Shown here: piece by piece, positions 29,592 through 38,568 of the stretch
Layout of the letters: each line of letters opens with the position of its first letter
Numbering within the stretch: the stretch's first letter is position 1
NCBI GenBank assembly: GCA_020444425.1
Contig: JAHLLB010000016.1
Coordinates: 21,240 to 85,239 of the forward strand
Reading direction: 5' to 3'
Origin: a bacterium
GTDB taxonomy: Bacteria > Electryoneota > Electryoneia > Electryoneales > Electryoneaceae
Length of the DNA: 64,000 bases
Program-made: the position numbers and the translations under genes
The notes under the pieces: generated by a model
What the model saw: the letters and a program-made list of their open reading frames with translations, nothing else
What the model was told of the DNA's origin: nothing
Databases searched by the model: none

Positions 29592-31226
29592 ATGAAACGG
29601 TTCGGATTGATTTGTCTGTTGGCGCTGGTAGCGTTGTTCACCTATCAAGTTGCTGACGCACAGTTCGTTTCCCCTGGTTGGGGGTACGGTATCGAGGGCG
29701 GCATCGCAAAGGGTGCCAACGGTGGCCCTGAAACGTGGCAGCCACAATTCCGTGGCTACCTGCAAAACAGCATCATGTCACAACTTGGCTTACAGGTAGG
29801 CTTCAGTTACACGGAGCTTGAGGCGAGGAACATCTATTCAACGCAAACCGCAATGGTGGACGCGCGACTACTGTTCAGCCCCTTTCAGTTCATGAGCTCC
29901 TACCCGTATGTGTACGCCGGCGCGGGTGTTTCGAAGGACTGGGGTGGGGCAGCGTCGACGGAATACTTACCCGTGATACCCATCGGACTCGGACTTGAGA
30001 CCGCAATTGGACAGGGACTCAATCTGCAGCTGAACGGTGGCTACAACCTGGTTCTGTCCGACGAGCTGGACGGCCGTGTGCGCAACGAGGATAATCTTAA
30101 CAGCATCACAAACGGTCGACAGGATGCCTACTACAATCTGATGGTCGGCCTGGTGTACTCGGGTCCGATCAAGTCACTTGATCCCGACAGGGATGGGCTG
30201 TTCAACGAAGACGAGAAACTCTACGGTACGAATCCGGACAAAGCGGATACGGACGGTGACGGACTCAACGATGGCGAAGAACATAACATTCACAACACCA
30301 ATCCGCTCCTTGCCGACTCGGATAAAGACGGATTAAGCGACGGCGATGAGATCAACAGGTACGACACAAATCCACTGGTTGCTGATACCGATAAGGACGG
30401 ACTGGTTGATGGCGAGGAAGTAAATCTCTATCACTCAAATCCGAAGATAGCTGACAGTGACCACGACACCATCGCAGACGGTATTGAAGTCAACCAGTAC
30501 CGCACTGACCCGAACAAAGCGGATACGGATGGTGACGGCTTGAGCGATGCCGACGAAATCAACAAACATCATTCCGATCCTGTCATGGCGGATAGTGACA
30601 ACGACGGTCTGAAAGATGCTGACGAAATCGCCTACCATTCCAACCCATTGGTACCAGACACCGACAATGACGGTCTGAGCGACGGTGACGAGGTAAACCG
30701 GTACAAGACGGATCCGTCCAAGGCAGACACCGACGGCGACGGCCTGAGCGACGCGGACGAGCTGAACAAACACCGTACCAACCCGTTGCTGGTTGATTCC
30801 GATGACGGTGGTATGAATGACGGTGCCGAAATTACGGCGAAAAGGAACCCGCTTGACGCAAAAGACGACCTTTTCGACATGTCGAAGGGTACAAAGATCG
30901 TCTTGAACGGGATAAACTTTGACACGAACAAGTATGCCGTTCTGGCAACATCTGAAGTGACGCTCGAAAAGGCCAGGGCTTCCATGGCAGCTAACCCGGA
31001 TGCTCTAGTGACACTCTCGGGCTATACGGATAGCGTCGGCAGTGATGACGCCAATCGGACCTTGTCGCTGAAGCGAGCGCAGTCCGTCAAGGATTGGCTT
31101 GTTGCAAACGGTATCCCGGCAAGCCGGATTAAAGTGGTTGGCATGGGTGAAGCTGAGCCTATCGGATCTAACGAGACCGCCGAAGGCCGCGCGCAGAACC
31201 GCCGGATGGAATTCGCGGTACGATAA
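29592..31226 (+). CDS. OmpA-family outer-membrane protein with about nine thrombospondin type-3 (Ca-binding DxDxDG) repeats
   Basis: Signal peptide MKRFGLICLLALVALFTYQVADAQ. Reiterated DTDGDGLSDGDE units. C-terminal OmpA peptidoglycan-binding domain (TLSGYTDSVGSDDANRTLSLKRAQSV). Confidence 0.85.
   Translation: MKRFGLICLLALVALFTYQVADAQFVSPGWGYGIEGGIAKGANGGPETWQPQFRGYLQNSIMSQLGLQVGFSYTELEARNIYSTQTAMVDARLLFSPFQFMSSYPYVYAGAGVSKDWGGAASTEYLPVIPIGLGLETAIGQGLNLQLNGGYNLVLSDELDGRVRNEDNLNSITNGRQDAYYNLMVGLVYSGPIKSLDPDRDGLFNEDEKLYGTNPDKADTDGDGLNDGEEHNIHNTNPLLADSDKDGLSDGDEINRYDTNPLVADTDKDGLVDGEEVNLYHSNPKIADSDHDTIADGIEVNQYRTDPNKADTDGDGLSDADEINKHHSDPVMADSDNDGLKDADEIAYHSNPLVPDTDNDGLSDGDEVNRYKTDPSKADTDGDGLSDADELNKHRTNPLLVDSDDGGMNDGAEITAKRNPLDAKDDLFDMSKGTKIVLNGINFDTNKYAVLATSEVTLEKARASMAANPDALVTLSGYTDSVGSDDANRTLSLKRAQSVKDWLVANGIPASRIKVVGMGEAEPIGSNETAEGRAQNRRMEFAVR
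30180..30850 (+). repeat. in-frame tandem array of about 69-nt TSP3 repeat units inside the OmpA gene
   Basis: About nine 23-aa units of the form D-x-D-x-D-G-L-x-D-x-x-E, visible in the translation. Confidence 0.7.
30840..31215 (+). repeat. copy A of a ~376-bp direct repeat (OmpA C-terminal domain coding segment)
   Basis: Aligns base-for-base with 32576-32951 with roughly 5-8% mismatches by eye. Confidence 0.8.
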
Positions 31227-31270
31227 CAGGTATCAGTTGGAAAGAGAAGGCAACTGATATTGCCACGTTT

Positions 31271-31338
31271 GAGGGGGGAGATTTCATCGGTGGGTGCTGC
31301 AAAATACCCCGATGTAACCTCCGACGAATCTCCCCCCC
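31271..31338. terminator. long imperfect G-rich hairpin downstream of the OmpA gene
   Basis: Arms GGGGGGAGATTTCATCGG and CCGACGAATCTCCCCCCC. Shares the GGGGGAGATTT...ATCTCCCCC motif with 33104-33165. Confidence 0.45.
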
Positions 31339-31519
31339 TACTATTTGATTCAGATGCGACAAGGCCAGAGTATTGCAAGCAGGCAGTGTCAATCAAAACG
31401 GTTTGTCTGTCGCAGAAGGTAGGAGAAACAGGCAAGTCACCAGCAGTAAGACATCAGAGAGACGCCAACTCGTTTTATTGGCTACTGATCACAGCCTTCA
31501 AGTAGAAAAGGGATAGACT

Positions 31520-32482
31520 ATGATAGATCAGAATATCATGTACATCATCGCACTTGTAGTGCTGGTGCTGTTTCTTATTACAGTAGCCAAAGCTACGTTT
31601 TTTACGGTTCAGCAGCGTTCCGTCACAGTCATTCAGCGTTTTGGGAAGTTTGTTCGTGAAGCGGGACCTGGCATTCATACGAAGGTACCCTTCATCGACC
31701 GGATCGTCGGCCGGGTCAACATGCGTGTCCAACAACTGGATGTTGAGATTGAAACGAAGACCGAAGACAATGTCTTTGTTCGCATGTTAGTCTCTGTGCA
31801 GTATTACGCACTGCCTGATAAAGTCTATGATGCATTCTATAAGTTGGAGAATGCAAACAGGCAAATAACATCCTACGTCTTCGACGTGGTAAGGGCGCAG
31901 GTGCCTAAAATCCGGCTTGATGACGTGTTCGAGAAAAAGGATGATATCGCAAATATTGTCATGAGCGAGCTTGCTCAGGTCATGGAAGGGTTTGGTTACG
32001 GAATCCTGAAAGCTCTTGTCACGGACATTGACCCTGATGCAAAAGTGAAGGAATCGATGAACGAGATCAATGCCGCACAGAGAATGCGTGTGGCTGCAAC
32101 CGAGCGTGGCGAAGCGGACAGGATCCTGAAAGTGAAGTCTGCTGAAGGCGAGGCGCAGAGCAAAGCCCTTCAGGGCCGTGGCATCGCGGATCAGCGGCAG
32201 GCAATCGTTGCCGGCCTCCGGGATTCAGTCGATGAATTCCGCAAATCGGTACCTGGTACGACGGCCAAGGACGTCATGAACCTGGTTCTGATGACCCAGT
32301 ATTTCGATATGCTCAAAGAAATCGGCGCGTCGTCCAGAACGAATGCGATTTTGATCCCGCACTCCCCAGGCAATCTGACAAGCCTTACAGAACAGATGCG
32401 AAATGCGATGATGGAGTCAGAACTGACCGTAAACCCGGCCAAGACCGGGAAAAACGATGTCCCCTTGTCGTCACCTGCATAA
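31520..32482 (+). CDS. SPFH/Band-7 (stomatin/prohibitin-like) membrane protein
   Basis: N-terminal TM helix, then SPFH core (TVQQRSVTVIQRFGKF...). C-terminal coiled/charged region. Confidence 0.85.
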   Translation: MIDQNIMYIIALVVLVLFLITVAKATFFTVQQRSVTVIQRFGKFVREAGPGIHTKVPFIDRIVGRVNMRVQQLDVEIETKTEDNVFVRMLVSVQYYALPDKVYDAFYKLENANRQITSYVFDVVRAQVPKIRLDDVFEKKDDIANIVMSELAQVMEGFGYGILKALVTDIDPDAKVKESMNEINAAQRMRVAATERGEADRILKVKSAEGEAQSKALQGRGIADQRQAIVAGLRDSVDEFRKSVPGTTAKDVMNLVLMTQYFDMLKEIGASSRTNAILIPHSPGNLTSLTEQMRNAMMESELTVNPAKTGKNDVPLSSPA

Positions 32483-32575
32483 AGTGGCAAAGGTACGGCA
32501 GCGTAGACTCTGCCAAAAAGAAAAACACGTAATACGAGGTATATCATTGCAGCAAAACAAGATCTAATTACGACC

Positions 32576-32951
32576 AAAAGGAACCCGCATGACGAAAAAG
32601 ACGACCTTTTCGACATGTCTAAGGTTACAAAGATCGTCTTGAACGGGATAAACTTTGACACGAACAAGTATGCCGTTCTGGCAACATCTGAAGTGACGCT
32701 CGAAAAGGCCAGGGCTTCCATGGCAGCCAACCCGGATGTGACAGTGACACTCTCGGGCTATACGGACAGCGTCGGCAGTCAGGACGCTAACCGGACCTTG
32801 TCACTGAAGCGAGCGCAGTCGGTGAAGGATTGGCTTGTTGCAAACGATATCCCGGCAAGCCGGATCAAGGTGGTCGGCATGGGTGAAGCAGAACCTATCG
32901 GATCTAACGAGACCGCCGAAAGCCGCGCGCAGAACCGCCGGATGGAATTCA
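32576..32951 (+). repeat. copy B of the ~376-bp direct repeat
   Basis: See copy A. Located 3' of the SPFH gene. Confidence 0.8.
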
Positions 32952-32962
32952 CAGTTTTATGA
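32615..32962 (+). CDS. stand-alone OmpA-like domain ORF created by the duplication (possible pseudogene)
   Basis: 115 aa, MSKVTKIVLNGINFDTNKYAV..., about 90% identical to the last 110 aa of the OmpA protein at 29592..31226. No signal peptide. Confidence 0.4.
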   Translation: MSKVTKIVLNGINFDTNKYAVLATSEVTLEKARASMAANPDVTVTLSGYTDSVGSQDANRTLSLKRAQSVKDWLVANDIPASRIKVVGMGEAEPIGSNETAESRAQNRRMEFTVL

Positions 32963-33103
32963 CGGTTATCGCATAGATAATGAGATTCACTTATTTGATG
33001 TAGAAACTTTCGGAGTTACGCCGACATGCCGGCATCTTCGCTTTCGACCGTTGATAGCCAGACGCCATCCCATGTCGGAGCAATCTCGGGAGACGCTGTA
33101 ACA

Positions 33104-33165
33104 GGGGGGGAGATTTACCAGATCAGTCTCTTTGCCCAAGTTGAGATATCTGTGAAATCTCCCCC
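33104..33165. terminator. hairpin with 11-bp perfect stem GGGGGAGATTT/AAATCTCCCCC after the duplicate OmpA fragment
   Basis: Inverted repeat followed by GTTTCGAT. Same motif as 31271-31338. Confidence 0.45.
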
Positions 33166-33329
33166 GTTTCGATAGTTGGTACGATTGATACACGCAATTC
33201 ACCAGCGTATGATTTGTTTAACGTGTCTAGAAAAGATAAAGTAACGTAAATTGCCCATATTATTGTGACTACATGATTTTTAATATGTTGAATATGATTA
33301 GGGCTATTTACATACGAGAGGATGGAAAG

Positions 33330-33482
33330 ATGCTTTGGATCATAGCGGTTGTTTTGCTTGTCCTGTGGTTGTTAGGGCTAGTAACTTCCTATACCATGGG
33401 TGGATTTATTCATATTCTGCTTGTTGTAGCAATCGTTGCCCTGTTGATTCGAATCATCCAGGGAAGAAGGATACTTAGTTGA
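33330..33482 (+). CDS. lmo0937-family small membrane protein (about 50 aa, two TM helices)
   Basis: MLWIIAVVLLVLWLLGLV...GGFIHILLVVAIVALLIRIIQGRR matches this widespread small-protein family. GAGG motif upstream. Confidence 0.6.
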   Translation: MLWIIAVVLLVLWLLGLVTSYTMGGFIHILLVVAIVALLIRIIQGRRILS

Positions 33483-33613
33483 ATCCTAGCCTGCACAAGC
33501 GACAGCATGTGCATGATTAGCCGAATACTTGAGTGTATGGAGATGCATAAAGAGCTATTCTGGACTGGCAGCACATTGGGATTGGATTAGAGTCCTTCAA
33601 CATGAGGTAAAGG

Positions 33614-34102
33614 ATGAAATACAACCTCTTGATCAGCGGTTTGACCGTACTGATCCTTTCGACAGGTCTGATGAACAGTTCACAAGCTTCCGAAAACAAG
33701 TACCGACTCGGTCTGCAGGGGACTCAGTTTGCCGCCGGGATCAGTGGGATTATTGATTTTTCCAGTCCGTGGGCGGTTCAGGGCATCGTGGATTTTGGTG
33801 CGGATGCAGCCGCGTTCCGGCTCTTGAACCGGTTTTCGCAGAATGAATTCTGGAACGCCTACGGCCAGGGAACGCTGGGGTTCTGGAATCACGACAACCG
33901 GCGCTCCTGGGGATGGTCGGAAGACGACTATCTGAAAAATCATGATGATGGTTTCGGTGCGGGAGTTGGGATTGGCATCGAGTACGATTGGCGTGGAATT
34001 GAGTCTTCACTTCCCCCGATCGGATGGAATATCGAGTTGGGGGCGAGCGTCGTGCCCGCGTTCTATTTCGATATCGGAATCGGGGTACATTGGATGTTTT
34101 AA
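33614..34102 (+). CDS. putative outer-membrane beta-barrel protein (OmpW/porin-like), secreted
   Basis: Signal peptide. Alternating aromatic/Gly beta-strand pattern. C-terminal aromatic residue F. Confidence 0.5.
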   Translation: MKYNLLISGLTVLILSTGLMNSSQASENKYRLGLQGTQFAAGISGIIDFSSPWAVQGIVDFGADAAAFRLLNRFSQNEFWNAYGQGTLGFWNHDNRRSWGWSEDDYLKNHDDGFGAGVGIGIEYDWRGIESSLPPIGWNIELGASVVPAFYFDIGIGVHWMF

Positions 34103-34227
34103 ATGATGTCAGGTCTTCAGCTGTAGAATTCGGATAACGTATATCCTGAAGAAGAGGATTAGATATTACACTGTTAAAACGACTGATCATACGGTATCTG
34201 ATGTGCGAAAAGAAGTAGGGAGCACGT

Positions 34228-34866
34228 ATGAATACCATGACATTCCGTTTAGAACGTTTTTTGAGCAGATGGATAATTGTTAGTATCACTATACTTGCAT
34301 TCATGGTGATATTATCTTCGTTGTGTTTTTCACAAACGCAACAAGAACCGATTCATCCAACAGCATTCTCAGTTCAGACTCCATCGCTGAATACCAGCGT
34401 GCCAAGTTCTGAAATCAATGGAGATGTTCGTTGGATTCCGGTCACTGATCCTGAGCAGGTTGGATTGACAGCCGCAGCAGTAGCGGCCCTTATCGACGCT
34501 GTCTATGCCGGCGAATCCGCTGGTTCGACATTCGCAGCTGTCGTTCTCTCGCAGACAACCGGTGATCTGACAATCGTCTACAACGATACGGAGGGACAGA
34601 CTCCCGTTCCAGTTGGTGGGTTTCCTATCCCGGAAGTTGGATCGTTCGCTGGAATCCGCTGTGTTCCGGCTGTTTACCAGTACGACGGCAAGATGTCCCG
34701 TGTTGAATCCAAGGTGACGACCTTGGCTGTTAGTACAACCGTGTGGGTACTCCTCATCGGATACCAGAGCAATGTCTCGAACGGTACTCACATCATGAAT
34801 GAACAGGAAACAACTAGCTACCAGGCCGAATGGGATGCTTCACAAGTCCGGCCGCTTGATCGCTGA
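34228..34866 (+). CDS. hypothetical secreted protein
   Basis: N-terminal TM/signal segment. No recognisable domain. Confidence 0.45.
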   Translation: MNTMTFRLERFLSRWIIVSITILAFMVILSSLCFSQTQQEPIHPTAFSVQTPSLNTSVPSSEINGDVRWIPVTDPEQVGLTAAAVAALIDAVYAGESAGSTFAAVVLSQTTGDLTIVYNDTEGQTPVPVGGFPIPEVGSFAGIRCVPAVYQYDGKMSRVESKVTTLAVSTTVWVLLIGYQSNVSNGTHIMNEQETTSYQAEWDASQVRPLDR

Positions 34867-35026
34867 CAAGTTCAATGCCGCTCAGAAATTGGTGCGGATG
34901 GAAAAGATCTACGCCAGTCGTTTCGCATTCAGTGAGTCGGCTACAAGGGTAAGAACAGCACTGAAGAATCGAATGTGGCCAGCTGTGCTTGTTGAGTGCT
35001 GAACGAAGACGGGTCCTAAGGAGCAT

Positions 35027-35608
35027 ATGATGGATGGAATACAGTCAGAAAAGTCAGACCCGCATTACGAAGAACACGATCCTCCTGTTCAACGCTGGAG
35101 GAAAAGGCACCGGTACACGTTTGGTATTGCGCTTGTAATTCTCGGCGTGCTGTTTCTTCTGAAGTTCACTGGTTTGATCGAGTTCACCTGGCCATTGATT
35201 CTACTGGTGATTGGCAGCGCCATTCTCGTGGAAACATGGCTGAACCACCGGTCGGGGGGTGTATTTCCCGGAATTCTCCTCTGTCTGCTGGCTCTGATCT
35301 TCGTGGCGGACAACAACCAGTGGGTAGCCGGGGGAGTAACTCGCAACTGGCCGTTTGTGGTGCTCGCAGTCGGACTGTCGTTTCTGATTTCAGCCCCCTT
35401 TGTTCAGGCTCAGCGAAAGAACTGGATCCCCGGAGTGATCGCACTGGCCGCCGGCGGTTTCTTTTTGTTGTCGGAATACGAGTGGATCCAATGGGGTGTA
35501 GTCAGCGAAGTGCTGAAATGGTGGCCGACTGTCCTGATCATCGTCGGTATCTGGTACCTGTTTCATAATCCCTCACATCTGGTGAAGAAGGGAAAGGCTG
35601 CCGTGTAA
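35027..35608 (+). CDS. polytopic membrane protein (LiaF-N-like/DUF-type)
   Basis: Four to five hydrophobic helices, with a charged N- and C-terminus. Confidence 0.5.
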   Translation: MMDGIQSEKSDPHYEEHDPPVQRWRKRHRYTFGIALVILGVLFLLKFTGLIEFTWPLILLVIGSAILVETWLNHRSGGVFPGILLCLLALIFVADNNQWVAGGVTRNWPFVVLAVGLSFLISAPFVQAQRKNWIPGVIALAAGGFFLLSEYEWIQWGVVSEVLKWWPTVLIIVGIWYLFHNPSHLVKKGKAAV

Positions 35609-35728
35609 CAGGTTTCCAAGCTGAATGAACTTGATCTTTACTGATCTAGTTCATTACAGATCAATGTTCAGATTTATCGGACTTGATAGCTGAACGCACG
35701 GCCTCTATCAGGTGGTCATGCAGGCCGT

Positions 35729-37237
35729 TTGTACGTCATATATGAATTCATATGGCGAACAAAAACCAGACCACAACCAGATTTTCCAGAGACAGAGGTT
35801 GCTTTGAGATTATTGCTGATAAATCCAACCAATCCGATCGTAAGCATCGTTAACGTGAAGGAAAGCAGATGGAACCGGTTCCGTGTGTGGAAACCGCTCA
35901 GCCTGATGACCATCGCGGGTCTTACCCCGGCTGATTGGGACATTACCATCGTAGACGAAAATCTGGGCCTGCCTGAATATTCGACGATGCCCACACCAGA
36001 CCTGGTCGGGGTAACAGCCTTCACGTCACAGGCCAACCGCGCCTACGAAATTTCAGCGTACTTTGAACGTCGTGGTGTTCCTGTTGTCATGGGTGGTATT
36101 CACGCGACCATGTGTACCGATGAAGCGCTGGATCATGTCGCCAGTGTGGTGACCGGTGAAGCCGAATCGATCTGGCCGGATGTGCTTGCTGACGTGAAAT
36201 CGGGCAGCTTGAAAAAGCTATACGCCGCCGAGCGGACGGATTGGTCTAACATTCCGCCACCTCGACACGACCTGCTTCCACCGCGATACCCCTTCGGATC
36301 GATTCAGACCACACGTGGATGTCCACTGAACTGCAACTTCTGCAGCGTGACGGCGTTCAACGGGTCTCATTACCGGCAACGGCCGATTGCGGATGTCGTC
36401 CAGGAATTCAGCCAGATTCAGGAGAAACGTGTCCTCGTTGTCGATGACAACCTGATCGGGACTCGACCGGAGCACATAAAACGCGCAAAAGAACTGTTTC
36501 GAGCTCTTGCGGATGCAAATCTCGGAAAGGAATGGGTCTCGCAAGCCACAATCAACTTTGCGGATGATGAGGAGCTGTTAACGCTTGCTGAGAAAGCTGG
36601 ATGCAAAGGCGTATTCATTGGATTTGAAACCCCCTCTCCGGAAGGACTGAAAGAACTCGGGAAAAGATTCAACTACCAGAAACAAAGAGATTTTCGCGCT
36701 TCCGTGAAACGAATCCAGAAACACAAAATACTGGTCGTCGGCTCATTCATTATTGGTCTTGATGTGGACGAACCCGGGATTGGGGTGCGAATCTCGAAAA
36801 CAGCCAGTGAGTACTGCATTGACACTCTCAACACTCTCTTCCTGACTCCGCTGCCCGGCACACGTCTGTGGGACCAGATGGCCGCGGATGAACGAATCAC
36901 GAGACACAACTTCCCGGATGATTGGCAGTATTTCACGCTCAGCCTTCCCGTGGCAAGGTATAAGCAGTTTTCCGATACCGAGGTCATGACTGAAATGACC
37001 AATTGCTACAGGCACTTCTACTCCTTCCAACGGATGTTCGGACGAATCTGGGATAGCTTCTGGCATCGTCGCCAACCGCTGATTTCCCTTGTCGGAAACT
37101 TCTCGTTCAGAAGAAACATCCAGCTGGATGCCATCGCGTTCAATGATTTCATGCGGCAGAGGAATATTGCACCGCAACCCGCACCAAGGCTACAATCCTG
37201 GTCATTGGACACAAAGCCTGAAGCCCTTGAAGCATGA
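35729..37237 (+). CDS. B12-binding domain radical SAM protein
   Basis: N-terminal cobalamin-binding Rossmann region (LLLINPTNPI). CxxxCxxC radical-SAM motif RGCPLNCNFCSV. The true start may be the TTG around 35801. Confidence 0.85.
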   Translation: MYVIYEFIWRTKTRPQPDFPETEVALRLLLINPTNPIVSIVNVKESRWNRFRVWKPLSLMTIAGLTPADWDITIVDENLGLPEYSTMPTPDLVGVTAFTSQANRAYEISAYFERRGVPVVMGGIHATMCTDEALDHVASVVTGEAESIWPDVLADVKSGSLKKLYAAERTDWSNIPPPRHDLLPPRYPFGSIQTTRGCPLNCNFCSVTAFNGSHYRQRPIADVVQEFSQIQEKRVLVVDDNLIGTRPEHIKRAKELFRALADANLGKEWVSQATINFADDEELLTLAEKAGCKGVFIGFETPSPEGLKELGKRFNYQKQRDFRASVKRIQKHKILVVGSFIIGLDVDEPGIGVRISKTASEYCIDTLNTLFLTPLPGTRLWDQMAADERITRHNFPDDWQYFTLSLPVARYKQFSDTEVMTEMTNCYRHFYSFQRMFGRIWDSFWHRRQPLISLVGNFSFRRNIQLDAIAFNDFMRQRNIAPQPAPRLQSWSLDTKPEALEA

Positions 37238-37381
37238 AGTCTGTTTCGAGTTTCTTGTCCTGAATACTACAAATAGCCGCTTGCTGCGAGGGTATCGGTA
37301 CACTCGATTCCCCTGGACACAGTTCTTGTTAACGATCGCGCACGTTTTCAATCGCCACCTTACCACTCGTGGCTTTCGTCG

Positions 37382-37522
37382 TTTTGCTTCGCTTTCCGCA
37401 GCTTAGCGTTGTCACTTCATGATCTGGACGTCCAGTCGGTCGCACAGCAACTCAACAACAGACCCAGAAAATCACTCGGATACAGAACACCCAAAGAGGT
37501 CCTCTTCAATCACAAAACCTGA
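37382..37522 (+). mobile_element. C-terminal remnant of an IS30-family DDE transposase (pseudogene fragment)
   Basis: Frame-2 translation ...SLHDLDVQSVAQQLNNRPRKSLGYRTPKEVLFNHKT* is the conserved IS30 C-terminus. No upstream transposase body is present. Confidence 0.6.
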
Positions 37523-38017
37523 GCGGTGCATTTGATCTTGGAATTTGCGTGTGATGCCCTCGCCGAGGCGATATTTCATGTATTCCTCGAACTGGGCTTT
37601 GGTTAGATCTGTGGCGTTGACTACCGTCGGCATATTGTCCCGGAAACATTGCTTCACGTTGGTAGCGTAGATTTCATAGCGACGGTAGGATCGCGGCTTC
37701 ACCCGGCCTTCTTTCAGCCGGAGGTAGCTGTCGATCTGGTCTATCAGGGTGACTAGTTCAACTTCCTTGGGTCGTGGGTCGTCGAGGCACTCAGCTTTCC
37801 ACTTATTGTAAAGGTTAGACGCGAACTGCAATGCATCCTGCTGAACCGTGAATGCCGGTCTGCGAACACGTTTTCCAGTGTGCGGATCGGTGTAGTCGAG
37901 CCGGTATTTCGATCTCCCCCTCCAACCTTCCCATTTCGACAGATCGATCACTTTTTGGAGCTCGGGCTTCAACATTTTCTTTCCTGGTTGTCCATCAATC
38001 GCTTTCATCTTTGGCAC
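37472..38017 (-). pseudogene. tyrosine integrase N-terminal (arm/core-binding) fragment, truncated by the IS30 remnant
   Basis: 181 aa resembling a phage-integrase N-terminal/SAM-like domain, but the catalytic R-K-H-R-H-Y domain is absent. Lies directly inside the right-hand 28-bp repeat. Confidence 0.45.
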
Positions 38018-38079
38018 AATATCGGCATTTTTCGAACAGCAAAACCCCCAAGCCTGTTTTTACAGAACTTGGGGGTCAT

Positions 38080-38107
38080 CAGCGGAGAGGGTGGGATTCG
38101 AACCCAC
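38080..38107 (-). repeat. right copy of the 28-bp tRNA-3'-end-like direct repeat
   Basis: Identical to 26620-26647. Flanking sequence diverges immediately on both sides. Confidence 0.6.
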
Positions 38108-38568
38108 GTTACGGGGTCACCGCAAACTCGCTTTCGAGGTGGAAAACAGTAAGTATTATAACTACGTTCCATATCTAAGTTTACGCTGGAAGTGCTTATC
38201 TGGGACAGGAGTTGCGGTGGTCAAATTGAACGAAATCGGTTGCCAAAAGTCAGCCCGAATGACAGGGTTTGGTTCCATATTGGTTCCATTTTTCACACCC
38301 TGCGCAAACACGCTTAGGTCAAAACCGCACCAGCATCTTCACCAAAAATGGAACGAATGGAACCAGTGACGGCTTGCGTAGCGGTCAACTACTGAGTGAA
38401 CCTATTGAATTCAACACCGTCGCCAAGAAAAACTGATGCTCGGTTGATTCAGTATCAAGGTTGACGTGACAACCGCATCGCGTATCAGTTTCGTACTTGT
38501 GGTCAGACAGCCTGTAGAAAGATGCCTGTTCTCTGGCGCACCAGCAGGGAGAAATTGTATGTTCTCCC

